The notes under the pieces were generated by a model. It worked only from the letters and a program-made list of their open reading frames with translations. It made no database searches and was not told the origin of the DNA. Source: Epiperipatus broadwayi (lineage: Eukaryota; Animalia; Onychophora). From it: 64,000 bases of DNA. The number at the start of each line of letters is the position of its first letter. The stretch's first letter is position 1. Shown here in pieces: positions 24,021 through 37,137 of the stretch. Made by a program: the position numbers and the translations under genes. The stretch spans positions 13,826,001 to 13,890,000 of the forward strand of contig JAQFVV010000009.1 of assembly GCA_028023455.1 (NCBI GenBank). Reading direction: 5' to 3'.

Positions 24021-25543
24021 TCTGGATGGCACCAAAGAGTTTATCCTCAGTATAAATAAAAAGTATTCACAGGAAAGGTATTTTGCTTCTAGCAGTTATA
24101 AAGTGGATGTAATGGTCTTGAAATGTGTTGCAGTATGTATATTTATAGACAATCTTGATCTGACCATTAGTATAGTTAATATGTAAAATATTGAGTATAT
24201 TTTCCATTCTAGTTGGATAACGGTGTGGTTTCAAGTTTTGTTTTGTTTTTAAATAAAAATAAATAAATAAAAAGTTTTTGCCATCTGTTATAATATATAT
24301 AAAAAACTATAGCAAAAATTATTTACCTTTTTTTAACTTGAAAAATTTATTATTATGATTATAACTGATGTTTCATAGTGTTTTAGATTTATAAATTATT
24401 ATTTATCATTTTCAATTTTTCTTTGGATGTATTGGAGATCATATGACAAATCCTAAAAATTAATGATGATAAATTACATTACACCTTTAAAGATGCAGAT
24501 TCAATCACTTATAAAAATCATTATCATCATGATGAAGTTTAATCAGACAAGTGTTCTCTAAGTCTAAAGAATATCCAGTCCTCAAATTTAAAAAGAAACG
24601 CTATTCATAAATAGTTTTTCAATTTAAACCCAAGCTTGAAACTGTCGATAGCATTAATAATTTATCTAAAATCATGTTCAAAAATCATTTTCTAAATATT
24701 TTCTCTGCTCTATCTACATTTTGAGCAGAAAGTGAGCTGTTTAGATATTGATTGTAGAAACAAAAATATAATTGTAATACAAGATTGAATTTCTGGTAAA
24801 TATGGAATTCGTATTCCTAAATTTAGAGACCCATAATTTACTTTTTCAATTCCCAATGAACTGCACTACTTCAATTAATAAATGCTAATGACTTTATTGG
24901 TCAAGAGTTTATAAGAAGTTTGAGCACCAAAACTGGGAATGCCAGAATTGATCCTCCTGATCCCATGTCGGATGCTTTACTAACTACATCAAAATGCATC
25001 CATGATTTTAAATCTGTTTGACATTTAAGAAATACTCCTCTATATTTAATCTTAGAGACATTAAATAAAAAATTGTCTCAGATAACTCTTCATGCCTATA
25101 CTTTACCATACAGCCAAAATTTCACATTAGAAAATGTCATTTTAATAATGCAAAATAAAGGAAGACATAGAAAGACAAGGTAATTCTTAACTCTTAATAT
25201 GAGTTTATAAACTTTAAATGATTCTTAATTATGTCTCTTAATGTTAAAAATCATAATTGATCCAGCATGATTGACAAGTTAATCTTTGTTTTGGGTCTAT
25301 CTAAAATCAAGTCTTAATATAAAAAATCCGATTTTTTTAATAATATCTCTAAAATTTAAAGTTATGTGTATAAGATTATTTTTAATTTCAAAATTGTTAT
25401 TGAATTCACAATCATGTTTTTTTTTCCAGTAGTGATTTTTCTGTTTTGCCATTTTACCATGGTAACTTGCACTTATGTGTGAGCTACACTACTGGAAAAG
25501 TGTTGTTCTTGATCATTTAAATATTGTTAAAAATGACAAAATA

Positions 25544-25642
25544 TGTCAAGTGTTGGTGGGAGAATGATCAGCACAGCTGCCTTACAAGCAGTTGTCCCAG
25601 GTTTGCTTCCCGACCGATGCTTTGCCACATGAAAAAAAAAAA
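25544..25642 (+). mobile_element. tRNA-Gly-derived SINE
   Basis: Same body and A-tail; TSD gacaaaata (25535-25543, 25643-25651). Confidence 0.9.
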
Positions 25643-26310
25643 GACAAAATATGGCCTTTCATTCTTATGACAGACTTAGCTTCTGGATTTATAAACTTGA
25701 CAGCTCATCTAAGTAGATTCTGTGTGGATTATGTGATCAATATTACATCTTAGTTATTCTTCATTTTCCTACAATATATTAGCTGTCTTAATTTTATTGT
25801 TTTAATTGCTTCAAAGAAAATGACTAATATAAAAATCATACTTGTAAATTTGTTGTTATAGCATGTAGTACATCAAATTCAATCTTTCTCAAGCCACCAT
25901 GATGTTAAACCTCAAATGAAATTAATATGGAGAATTCAACTGACTTATCTAAACACTGATGATGCAACAAAAATCTTAGATGGTTGTGTGGCAATAAGGC
26001 ATCCAACCCACATTTTTTAAGCTTGGATGAATATATTGAAAATCATCTGAGATAATGAATACAAAAAGTATTTAAATACGTTTTTTTTTTTTTAAATAAC
26101 ACATGGAAAATATTTCTGGATTTAATATTTTATACAACTGCTAAACAAATAATATGATTATCTTTTTTTACCAAAGAATTAGAAATATCAGAATTCTAAA
26201 GGATTAATATAATAACAATGAACTTTTAGAATCAAGTTTAAACATTCAAATAAAATGGTTCTGGAACTGTTCCACAAGAAGTTATCTTTACACTCAGTAA
26301 AATTAATCAA

Positions 26311-26390
26311 CGGTAGTCACGGATAATTCAACCGATGACGTATTACACCTTCCGGTAGACATCGGCGATTTTTGCTTGACAACGTTGTCA
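26311..26390. promoter_or_regulatory. CpG-dense patch, candidate housekeeping-type promoter
   Basis: 8 CpGs in 80 bp in a CpG-poor background. Contains TGACGT (CRE-like), CTTCCGG (ETS-like) and the 14-bp palindrome TGACAACGTTGTCA (26377-26390). Confidence 0.4.
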
Positions 26391-28670
26391 TTTTTCTTGT
26401 TGTTGACAATAATTTGATAAAATATCTTGATATTTTTATAATAATGTTTTAAAAGACAATTATCTATTTGAACAGAGAAACGTAACTAAAGTTTTTAATT
26501 AGTCCACAGCGATATTAAAATATTTTTATTTTCATCCTATTATCATCAAGAACTTCCAGAATTTTGATCTCTCTCCAGAATTAACAGTTGATCAGAAAGA
26601 TACAAACAAAATCTTTTTTTAAATATTTTACATATATAGAGTTAAGATTTATAACTGTACATGTGTATGTGTCTGTTAGTCACAACATTTATACCATAAG
26701 TTTGTCTATAACATATTTCATGTGTACTATTTGATACTAATGTTTACTTGAGAGATACCACCATCTTTGGTGACAATTTTGCTGTGTTTTTTAATTTTTT
26801 ATTTGTGCATTTTAGCATGTTTATAATGAATATATTTCTTAGATATACATGATCATTGCTGCAATTGTTTTGACTATGAACTTTATATTTTTATATTTCT
26901 TTATTTCTAGACTGCAACTAAAAATAAACAAAAATTTATTTATTTTATTATATAAATATGATGAAGACAAATTTATAGTATTTTAGTATGACCCTGAATA
27001 AATAAATGGTTTTCATGATATGTACAATAAGATTGAATGAATAAAATCACATTTTTAAAATAGATATTTTGATAAAATGTGGGCTTTTCTAATATTTTTT
27101 GATATAGTTATAGGAAATGTTTTGGAATCTTAAGTATACTCTCCCAGTATGAATTTGAATATCTGCATTAGAAGCAATTTATTCTATTCCAGAGTCATCT
27201 ATTATAAGTTTGACTGTCAGTAGGCAATAAATGAAAGTATCCATTGATTTCTCAAACTTTCAATAAATGATTTTATAGTAGAACAGATTAGTGCTTTTAA
27301 TATAAGTAGGGCATTGTTTTATGACAGTTATCACAAGTCTAAATTAAATTTGAAATAAAAATTGAGACAAGATTATAAAGTTATAGTTGCATTTTGTAGG
27401 TTGAACACAATTCTAGGTAAAACTAAGACATAAAGAAATCATTTTAAAAAAGGTTTTTCGGGAAAATTATCCAGTTATGTTAAGTCTTCTGATTAAAATT
27501 TTATTACAGATTCAAATATGTAATAAGTCTCTATAGGTAATGTAATATCAGTTACGCAAAAATATACATAATCATGTTACAGGTTTTAATGGATTTAAAT
27601 ATGAATATTGTATAAAAGATATATAAATTCTTGTTTGATATAGTTAACAAAAATTTGAGACCAGAAATCTATCATAATCTAATTTTTTTAGTCAAATATA
27701 AGAGCAGAGAGAAATGATCCAAGATAAAGGCTTGATAATTTGGTTTCTGGACATATTAATTTAGCATGTCCATGGAAATGGTATTAGTTAATTGGTAAAG
27801 ATGTAATTGACAAACAGCATCAGGTATAAGAGACTATAATAACAACTGTTCTTTAAGAACTCCTTTCACAGCCTTTTATTTGGCATACAACTTAATTCTA
27901 TCATAGAACAAGATTGACAAAAAAAATATAAAGGAGTTTTGTTTTCTCATTTCAGAACCTATATTGTAGTTACAATTGATGTAGTTACAATAGAACATCT
28001 CTATTTTTTTACAATGTGATGAACATTCTCCATGAGTACTAAATCTATTAACTCTTTCAATCAAGTAAAACAATCGTCTATCAGCTGGCAATTGAGTAAA
28101 AAAGTTCCATCATTTATTCTCATCTCACAATACCTTTTTTGCAAAGTTATTCAACATGTTTGTTATAAAAATGAATCAATAGTTGAATAAAATAATTTAT
28201 TGATAAAATTAATAAAAAAGATAGCATATATTATCTTCATCTTTATTAAATAACTAAGGGGAAATGTCTATGCAATATCTATGAATATTCAAAGGTATTA
28301 TGTTCAATAACACAATTTAACAAATAAAAGTGTGAATAAAAGGAATCATATTGTCAAAACTTTAATATATATTGGCTACATTTATTACTTATTAGCTATG
28401 GTTAAAAATTTAATTTTTGGTGAATTTTATTGACTCAAATCCTTTTGGTCATTGAACTTCATCAAAGCAAAAAATTTCAAATCTATTATACTGTGATCAA
28501 ATTTTAATTCACTAATATCTGTAATCATTTGAAACAGGCACCACTCCTCACAAACCTGGAGCTTAATTGTAAATCTAGGGGATTTGAACTCAGACTTTCA
28601 AGCACCCACCAACTATCCACACTATCTCATACAATTGATATACATGATCACACACATGTAGAAAATATAA

Positions 28671-28729
28671 ATAATCACAAATATACCTATTTCATGTTAA
28701 ACCAGCACTCATCAGTTGGTCCAGATTAT
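28671..28729 (-). ncRNA. Hammerhead, family A (core intact)
   Basis: Minus strand: ataatctggaccaa CTGATGA gtgctggtttaacat GAAA taggta TA^tttgt gattat. Confidence 0.85.
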
Positions 28730-28879
28730 CATCTTCCACACATATATATAATCAGTTTTCAGTTTATATTAAGATAGCAAATCTTCACTTTTCAACGGAC
28801 TGAGAACTGATTATATATGTGTAGCAAATCTTCACTTTTCAACGGACTGAGAACTGATTATATATGTGTGTGGGAGATG

Positions 28880-28938
28880 ATAATCTGGACCAACTGTTGA
28901 GTGCTGGTTTAACATGAAATACGTATATTGGTGATTAT
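28880..28938 (+). ncRNA. Hammerhead, family A (perfect stems I and III, A6U core change)
   Basis: ataatc tgg accaa CTGTTGA gtgctggtttaacat GAAA tacgta TA^ttggt gattat. Confidence 0.85.
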
Positions 28939-31900
28939 TTATCTTTTCTATATGTGTGTGGTCATATATATCAGTTGTATGCAATAGTGTGGATAGTTGG
29001 TGGATGCTTAAAAATTTGAGTTCAAATCTCCTATATTTTAATATCTATAATATAAATTACTTTACCCTTTGAAAATTGTTTATACTTTTTGCATAAACTA
29101 CCTTCTATAATATATAAGAATTTATTAGAAAACATGAATCTTAATTTTAAAGTCAATTTCTAACCAGAAAAATTAAGAAAACTATCAACACTTTGTTTTC
29201 CAAATGTTAAAATGTTTACATCAGAATCATGCTATCAGACTCACATTTAACTTAAATGAATTAATAGATCTTGTGCATTCTATTACTCTATTGCAGAAAT
29301 ACATATTATAAATTTGAATAATTCATGAAAACTACTATCTAGTGTTTATTGTTATACTTACAATTGATATCTCAGGAATAGAATGATGAAATGAAAAACT
29401 GCTTATAATGCTGATGTTGAATGTAGACTGTAAGATTCATATGATACATTCCTGATATACACTAGGAATACAAAACCTTTCAATAACTTTGATAGAAAGG
29501 ATTTGCAAATCCTATAGTTAATCTAAAGATCTATAGAATAAATTTGATTTTACACTTTCAGCCAACACATTTCTCTTTATACTAATGCTAAAAGCTATTT
29601 TAAAAATTCAAAATGGCCACTGATGGAGACTTTTCTGGATGATCTCAAATATATGCTTATTATAATTTTATGTAAATTCTAAACATCCACTAACTTTTCT
29701 TTTAGTTCAACATATTAAGTCAACAATTTTTGATACATTTATTTTATAATGACAAAATAAATACTTCATCCTGTTTATACTCATAAATTCTTGAATATTT
29801 TTTGCTGGAGTTTTTTCAAATTTATGTAATTAAATCATTGCTATCAATTCGTATTAAAATGTAAATTAATGGTATTGCTTTTATGTTCAATGTTAAACTT
29901 AAAATAACTATTCCAGGTGATAGATACTTAAATGACTTTTTCATATGAAAGTTAATTATGTAAAACTAATAAGTAAATTTTCAATCAAGAAAACTTCCTG
30001 CTACTTTGAAGTTTATAATGCTGGATTATCAAAATCATGTACTTTTTCTAATACAAAGTCTTTTCTTTTTTTATATATGTTAACATCTTCATTGTCTTTC
30101 TATTTATTACTTCAAATATGTTAATTAAGCATTGGAAGTGAATAAGCTGGCTGAAATCTATAGACCTGAGATCCAGAATCCATTTCTTTAATACTCACCA
30201 AACAATGCAGGCTTCCTATAATAGATGTAGTTTGTAGTTGCAGCATGCTATAGATTACAAATGATGAGTTAAGAGAAATTCTATTAGTTCATATGACCTT
30301 TTGTAAGTATTATGGCATTAAATATTATGGCATTCAAATCATGTTTGTATTATAAAAATTAGCTAAATCTAATAAAATATAAAAGCAAATTGTAGACATG
30401 ATTTCTATCTATTTCATTATTCATTTATTCTACCAATATTATAGTCTTCTTTTTTTAATCATGATTTGCATTGACTGAAATTAAGAACAACTATAAATCA
30501 ACTTATCAGTCAACATTGGACGACTGCCTAAAATGTTTCCATACTTGCTTGCTTCTGTAAATTCTTTATCTTATTCGTGAATGTGATCCTAAGTGATGGG
30601 GAAAGCACTAACCACCACAAATGTGCCTTTTCATAGTACTATATTAAAGTGCAATATACAGTAAATATATGTGTATTAGGTTAACATTATAAACGTAACT
30701 ATTAAAAAATGATTCAAATATTAACTAATGTTGCTCGAACTTTTTATGAACTCCCGAGCATTATTCCATTCGATTATATATATATTTGTTTAATTTACTG
30801 AATTAAACCTACATGATTTTAAAAAGTAGCATTCAGTTTGAAATTAGATTTCGTGATTTAATTAAGGAAAAATAAACATATGCACATCATTATACCCGCA
30901 GGAAATTTATCGGCTATCACTTCATATTCAATTAGACACCGCCCTTTTAAAAATAATTGCCATCTTTTAATAAATAAATAGACATCAGACATATGATAAT
31001 CTTTAACAGAAGTTTAGTAGCAATAAAGTCTTATTTTTTATTTATTTTGTATGTAAGGAAAATTTACATAACAATGAAAGAAATTATTTAACTGCTGTTA
31101 AGTATTTTTGTTAGTCAATTGAATAAATATTCCAAATATTCTACAACATTTATCACTTTATTTAGAATATTATCATATTAAACGTGAAATAAATTTTACT
31201 ACGAAATGGTGTAATGACCTATTTTTTTAGTACAATAATACCAGTTTAAGTTTTTTTTTTTTTTAATCGCCTTTTTAATTTTCGAGTGGTCATACTTCAT
31301 TACAATCACTGAAAGTGATAATCATCATATATTTGCATGTGTCATATATATAAACTACGTATGTTTTTTTTCTCTATACACACACTATATCTTTTGAACA
31401 TCCTATGTTTTGCGCTAAAATTTGTTTTTCATAATATATACGCGTGTGAAGAATATTGTATACATGCTAACATTATTTTTTTTTATCTAATGATGTAGTG
31501 AATATCTTGATTAAATGAACCTGCCCAGTTTATCAAAACAAGTAAATTCGTCTTGTTTTATGATATGCCTTCAGTGAACATGAAAATAAACATTTATTGA
31601 TATGATAAATAAATAAGTGACAAATTGCTCATTCAAGAGCTCATTGTTTTTCTTACGTACCAGATATAAGATGTGGATTCCCAAAGAAATTCAATCTGAT
31701 CACATTAGATTATAAGAGAAAATATTTCACAGTAGAAAATGCTATTAATCAATAGGTGTTATTAATTAGCATCATATATTCAGAAATAATTGGCAATATA
31801 AATAGATGTACATTGATAAGAGGACAACCGCAAATACAGTTAAAGTATCACATTTACTTCTTTATGGGGAAAAAATACAGTTAAGCAGCACAGGGAAACT

Positions 31901-32449
31901 CACTAATGATGTAAATAAGCTTGTCTTATTACATTGTACACACTAAATAAAAACATATATTGTGTTAAGTTTCTTTTGATTTTATGTAATATTTATGAGC
32001 TAAATAAATGGTTAAAGCATGTACTATTTAATTAATGCACAACAATATTGATGATGACAATGAGATCTTAGATTTGAGGTTGGAAATAAAAATTACAAAA
32101 AATAATTTGATGTTCAAGCAGAAACTGTGATATCTTATCTAAAGTTGTCAGACTAAGGATATATTGTAACTATATATGAAGTGCAATAGAATAGTAAATA
32201 TTTATTTAAAGTCTTTGAAAGCATGAGAATCTGATCATGACTTAAATATGGGTTGCTTAAATTTGATCCAGAATGCTTAAAAAGCTAGCAAATTTTTATT
32301 AACTTTAATGAAATAAAAGTTAAATTAAAGTTGGTAATACTGGCGAGTTGTGTGTGAGCCTGCAACCTATTAGATCTTGCAAACAACATTAGCTCATCAA
32401 ATTAACTTTTGATAAAGCCATAGAATTGTGAAAATCATTTAAACTCAAA

Positions 32450-35230
32450 ACTGATTATAATTCCAAAAGACATAATCAAGAGATTAATGAATAAGAAAAC
32501 AGTTAACTAGGCATTTGAGGTTTAAACACTGGTTTTGATTAGCAATTTGAAGATGTTTCTAAATGAGATTCTGAAATTTTAAACTACTAATATACCATCT
32601 CAACTAATAGAAAATCCATTTCTACAGCCAGTCAATACTGTCAGCAATTGGAAATCTAACTATGTTTTATATAGCAAGTAAACTAGAACAAAAATATGCT
32701 AAAATGCTCTTTTTCTGAAATTTAGAAAGCCTTGTGTGTAATGTTTTCTCTTTCACTGTTTCTATAAAATAAGGCTGCTGTCTTTTCCATAGAATAATTA
32801 AAAGCTGATTTTCTTTTTATAATCATTGGTACAAATAATAGACTTTGGCCAAAAGTTATTGGAGATAATGTTATTGGTACTGTAAATTTAAATGGCTATT
32901 ATTAATGAATTTTTGCACAACATGTAGATTGACTATCAAAAATACTTTGTTGAGATAGAAAAACTGCTATAAAAACATAAATGCATCCAATCTAAAAAAA
33001 AAAAAAGCTTTTAATATATTATATTATAATTGGAAGTCAGAAGAAAAAAAGTGTTCATATTAAGTGAACTTTTATAAGCAAGGATTGTTGGACAAATCGT
33101 AGATGCTCCACAATTAAAATGATAGATACTTTAAAAGTAGATCTTATACTAATCATATTGTCAAGAAAATTGATGATTATTTTTTAGAAGCATCTATTAT
33201 ATATAGTACATTTCAACAATTATTTGACACTAAAATTGCTAATTTGAACCTCTAGAATTGTCATATTACTGAAGCATGGAATTCTCTTAAGGGGTGTATT
33301 ATGGATACAAGTAAATCTATTCTTGTTTTTACTAAAATCAATCATGACTGGTTTTTTGACATTAGTCTTATTACTAGTAATTTAATTGGAAGGATATATG
33401 GTATTTTCTGGTTTGTGGAAAAATAAATGGGATCTGAGTGTAAAAGTTTAATGAGTAATCTGAAGGTTTGTGGATTAAAATTGCAAAGAAGATAAACATT
33501 CATTGATCATAGTCACTCTAGATCTTTGCTGATATTCTGAAAGCAATATATTAGAATTTAGAAATGATATCACAACCCTATTAAATCTAGTAATGATACT
33601 ATCTTATATAATGACAATGATATTTTGAACAGGTGAAAGGAGTATTTGTATTATCTTTTGAAAAATTTGAGATGCTCATTTTTAACTTTAGAGATAGATA
33701 CCCAATTTAGTGAAGTCAAAACAGCTCTTTGTAGTCTTATAAAAGAAAAGGCTGCAAGTCCTGATGAGATACCTGAGGAAGTGATATGTTAGCTTCAAAA
33801 ATATTAGAAATTTTTAGGAATATATAGACACAAAATTATGCTGCCTAGTCTTAAGAATGCCTTTATTGTTCCAATTTTTAATAATAAAGAGAATAGGCAA
33901 AATTGCAGTAGTTATCATTGAATATCATTATTACCCACTATAGCAAAGGTAAGAATTTTCATGAATAGGCTTTCAGTCAGAGATGAAAACTCGGTTTAGT
34001 TTTAGAAAATCAAAACACACTATAGATATGGTTTTTGTTATCTCACATTTGTAAAAAAAAAAATGTCAAAAACAGACTATGATTTCTTTATTGATTTAAT
34101 CAAGGGATTTGATTTTGTCAATTAAACAGATTTACAGCAATTATTTGAAATAGTGCCTATCAAAATTTATTCATATTATATAGCTTTTACCTAATAAAAT
34201 GAGAGGAAGTGATATTATTATAAATCGAAGATCTGAGGCATTTGAAATGAAAATGATGTTGAACAAGGATGTTTCTTTGTCCCAACATTGTTTTCAGTTT
34301 TTATGACAGTTCTCTTTGGAATTGTTTATAAATTGCTTGACAAAACAGGGATTGAAATGTATATAGGGTTGATAGTGAAATTTTTAATTTGAGTCAAAAT
34401 GAAAAACAAGAACTCCTACTTATTGTACTCTGGATTTATAGTTTGTTGGTGGTGGTGCTACTTTTTCCAGATCAAAAGCTGATTTACAGCATATTCTTAA
34501 TGTTTGAATGTAATATTTGAAGGTTTGGATTTAATAATAAATATTCAAAAAAAAACTCTTTATTAATCAGTAATAAAAAAAAAATCAGCAACTTTTAGCT
34601 TGGATGATTATGAACTTACAAATGCAAACTAATTTAAATGCCTTTGTAATATTATAAATAGAAAGATGGAGTTAGATATTGAGGTGCAATATAAACTTCA
34701 ATATGCTGCTTTTAACATACTAAATGATAGGGATAACTACTATAACTAAATCTGTTGCATATAGAACTGATATTTTATCTATTTATAGTATGGAAATGAG
34801 ACTTGGACACTCTATTAATGTATTATAAAAATATTAGAATTCATTTACAGATGCTTCATTAAATTTTAAAAATACAATAGCAAAATCATAAAACCAATCA
34901 AGGTGTTCTTCAATTTGATGGATGTGATATTATAAAATTTCATTACCATAAAATCACATTTTCATTGAATTGGACAAGTAAAACAAATAAACAATGCAAT
35001 GTTTACTAAAAGATTGTTTTCTAGTTAATTTGAGCATAGCTTTAGTGGAAAAGATAGATATGTTTGCATTACAAGGATTATCTTAATGATATTCTAAAGA
35101 AATGCAATGTCAATTGTTTCCATTGGAAAGATGTGGCAGAGACTAGAATATATTGGAGATCGACAATTGGTTTTGCTGTTGAAGTATTTCAGACATAAAA
35201 TTTTTAAAAATCAGCATCACCAAATATCAA
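32450..35230 (+). mobile_element. Near full-length decayed RTE (BovB-like) LINE
   Basis: APE remnants (about 32480-32930), KAASPDEIPEE (33750), NYRGISLLP-like (33900), FIDL.KGFD (34090), VEQGC (34260) and YGNETWTLY (34790), all frameshifted. Confidence 0.8.
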
Positions 35231-36966
35231 ACAAATAAAAAATATATATCCGCATGGTCATATATGAGAATATGTCTGAGTTTCAAAGATTGGTTCTTAA
35301 GTTGAAATTGGAATGACCATGCTCTTTTATAAATGGATGCTATATATATAATAAATTATTTATTTATATAGATATATGGAAAATAATAGTAAAAATGTCA
35401 TTAGTGATTATTAAAGTGTTATTACTTTGCTATCTCATTCTATTGTTTGATTTTCTTCTCTTTTTTTGCAAAAAAGAATACATAAACGCACATTTTATGT
35501 ATAGTTTTTTGAAAATATTATTTACAATGGATTTTTTTCCAACTATATGCAATTCATAAGCAAATAAATAAAATATTTTAATGTGAATTTTTTTTTTTAC
35601 TTTAGCATATACATACAACCTTCAAGATTTAAAAAAAAACTATATCGCGCGCAGTGATAATTATAAGTGTCACACATATTTATAAACAATGTTTAAGAAA
35701 AATTCAATTTTATTAATCCAATATTTATTTGACAAAGATGAATATAGTCCCAAATTAAAAATATTAACAGCAGAGTTATCATATAATCAGAATTTATAAC
35801 AAAATGTAATCTGAGCTATCCCTCCCATCTGAAAAAAAAAAAAACACTTTTAATTTATCTTGACAATATGTATATCAATTTCTAGACATAAAATCTTCTG
35901 CCCCAAAATAATAATAAAATATTAACTATAACAAATATTTTTATATTACTTTTGTGGATTTTTTAAACTTAGAAATTGCATAATTGTAATCATCATAATC
36001 GATCCTGACGATATATCATTTTCAATACTAATTATTATGAATTAATTTAATTGTTCTATCTAAACAACTTTATAATACAGTTTTTAATTCTTTTGAGCAC
36101 TGCTAATTTTTGTACTGCTGATTCAATACAAAACTTGATCAAAATAAATATAAGATTATGTTCACATTTGGAATCACTCCTTGAATTGCTTCAAAAAGAA
36201 TGAAACACGCTTTTGTATAACAGCGTGCCAATTCTTCATTCAAAAATATTAATATCGACATCAATTATTAAGTTGAAAAAATAGTTATCAAACTCTTTTT
36301 CGATATTTTTCTTATTTACATTTAATAAAAATAGCAAAATAATTTATAATATATTATTATGGCTCAACATTTATTAATTTCTGTTAATTCATTGTAAATT
36401 CTGGCAACTGGATCCGGTCAGAAAACACTAAGCATGTTATTGAAAATGAACTATGAAGGTGTTTTATATAATCAAAGAAAAGAAAGTGCTTCCAAATGAT
36501 ATTTCTATTCATTCAATCTGTAGAGCTGATTTTTTTAATTTTATGTAGTAGAGAATTGTTCCAAGGATTGTGAGACTGCTTTACCAGTGGTGCACTAATC
36601 TGGATAGGACACCTTTCATAATACTTCCTCTCTACATTTTACATTTTTTTTAAACTTGCATTTGAATTAATATATTAAAGATATCAGTACTTTATTTTCT
36701 TCTTTTATTTAACCTCTATGAAATTCCATTTAATTCTGGGTCCAGGTCATTTAAAAAGATTTTGTCTTAAATACTTAATCACCACCAAAACAAGTGAATA
36801 TTTAAAAATATATATATGTATGGGATACAGATTTTGTCATAAGACATTTTCTTATCTGATTGCTAATACTTTCTATTTACTATTACTTTTTAAAACATTT
36901 CCAATTCATTTTTGTAATTTTTGTAAGAATTTATGTTTGTTTTTTTTAAAAAAAAGAATAATTTTT

Positions 36967-37137
36967 AAATATTTCATGCTGATGAGTTCTGGTTCAGCAT
37001 AAAATATGTATAATGAAGATCAGTTATCTTTTTCACAAGTGGGTGGTCATGAGTATTGGTTGTATGAAATAGAGTGGATAGCGGAAGGGAGCTTGAAAGT
37101 ATGTGTTCAAATCCCTTATAATTACATTTAAACTCCA
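36967..37137 (+). mobile_element. Family A partial copy (subfamily B) with a G12A hammerhead remnant
   Basis: CTGATGA(36979-36985) gttctggttcagcat AAAA tatgta TA, then the family A 3' body to gttcaaatccc and part of the tail. The 5' junction is a short inverted piece. Confidence 0.8.

Larger units (their letters stand above)
28526..29038 (-). mobile_element. Family A locus 3: main arm with 45-nt tail plus inverted arm
   Basis: TSD taatatct(g/a)taat (28513-28525, 29039-29051). An exact 47-bp tandem duplication (28775-28821/28822-28868) covers the inversion junction. Confidence 0.9.

Noticed and set aside
24930-25010. Second tRNA-derived SINE fragment
   Set aside because: The A and B boxes are too degenerate and there is no TSD.
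3869-28777. ORFs 3869-4057, 4989-5306 and 28529-28777 sharing MLNQHSSVG...
   Set aside because: They are antisense readings of the family A hammerhead; the frames are not conserved between copies.
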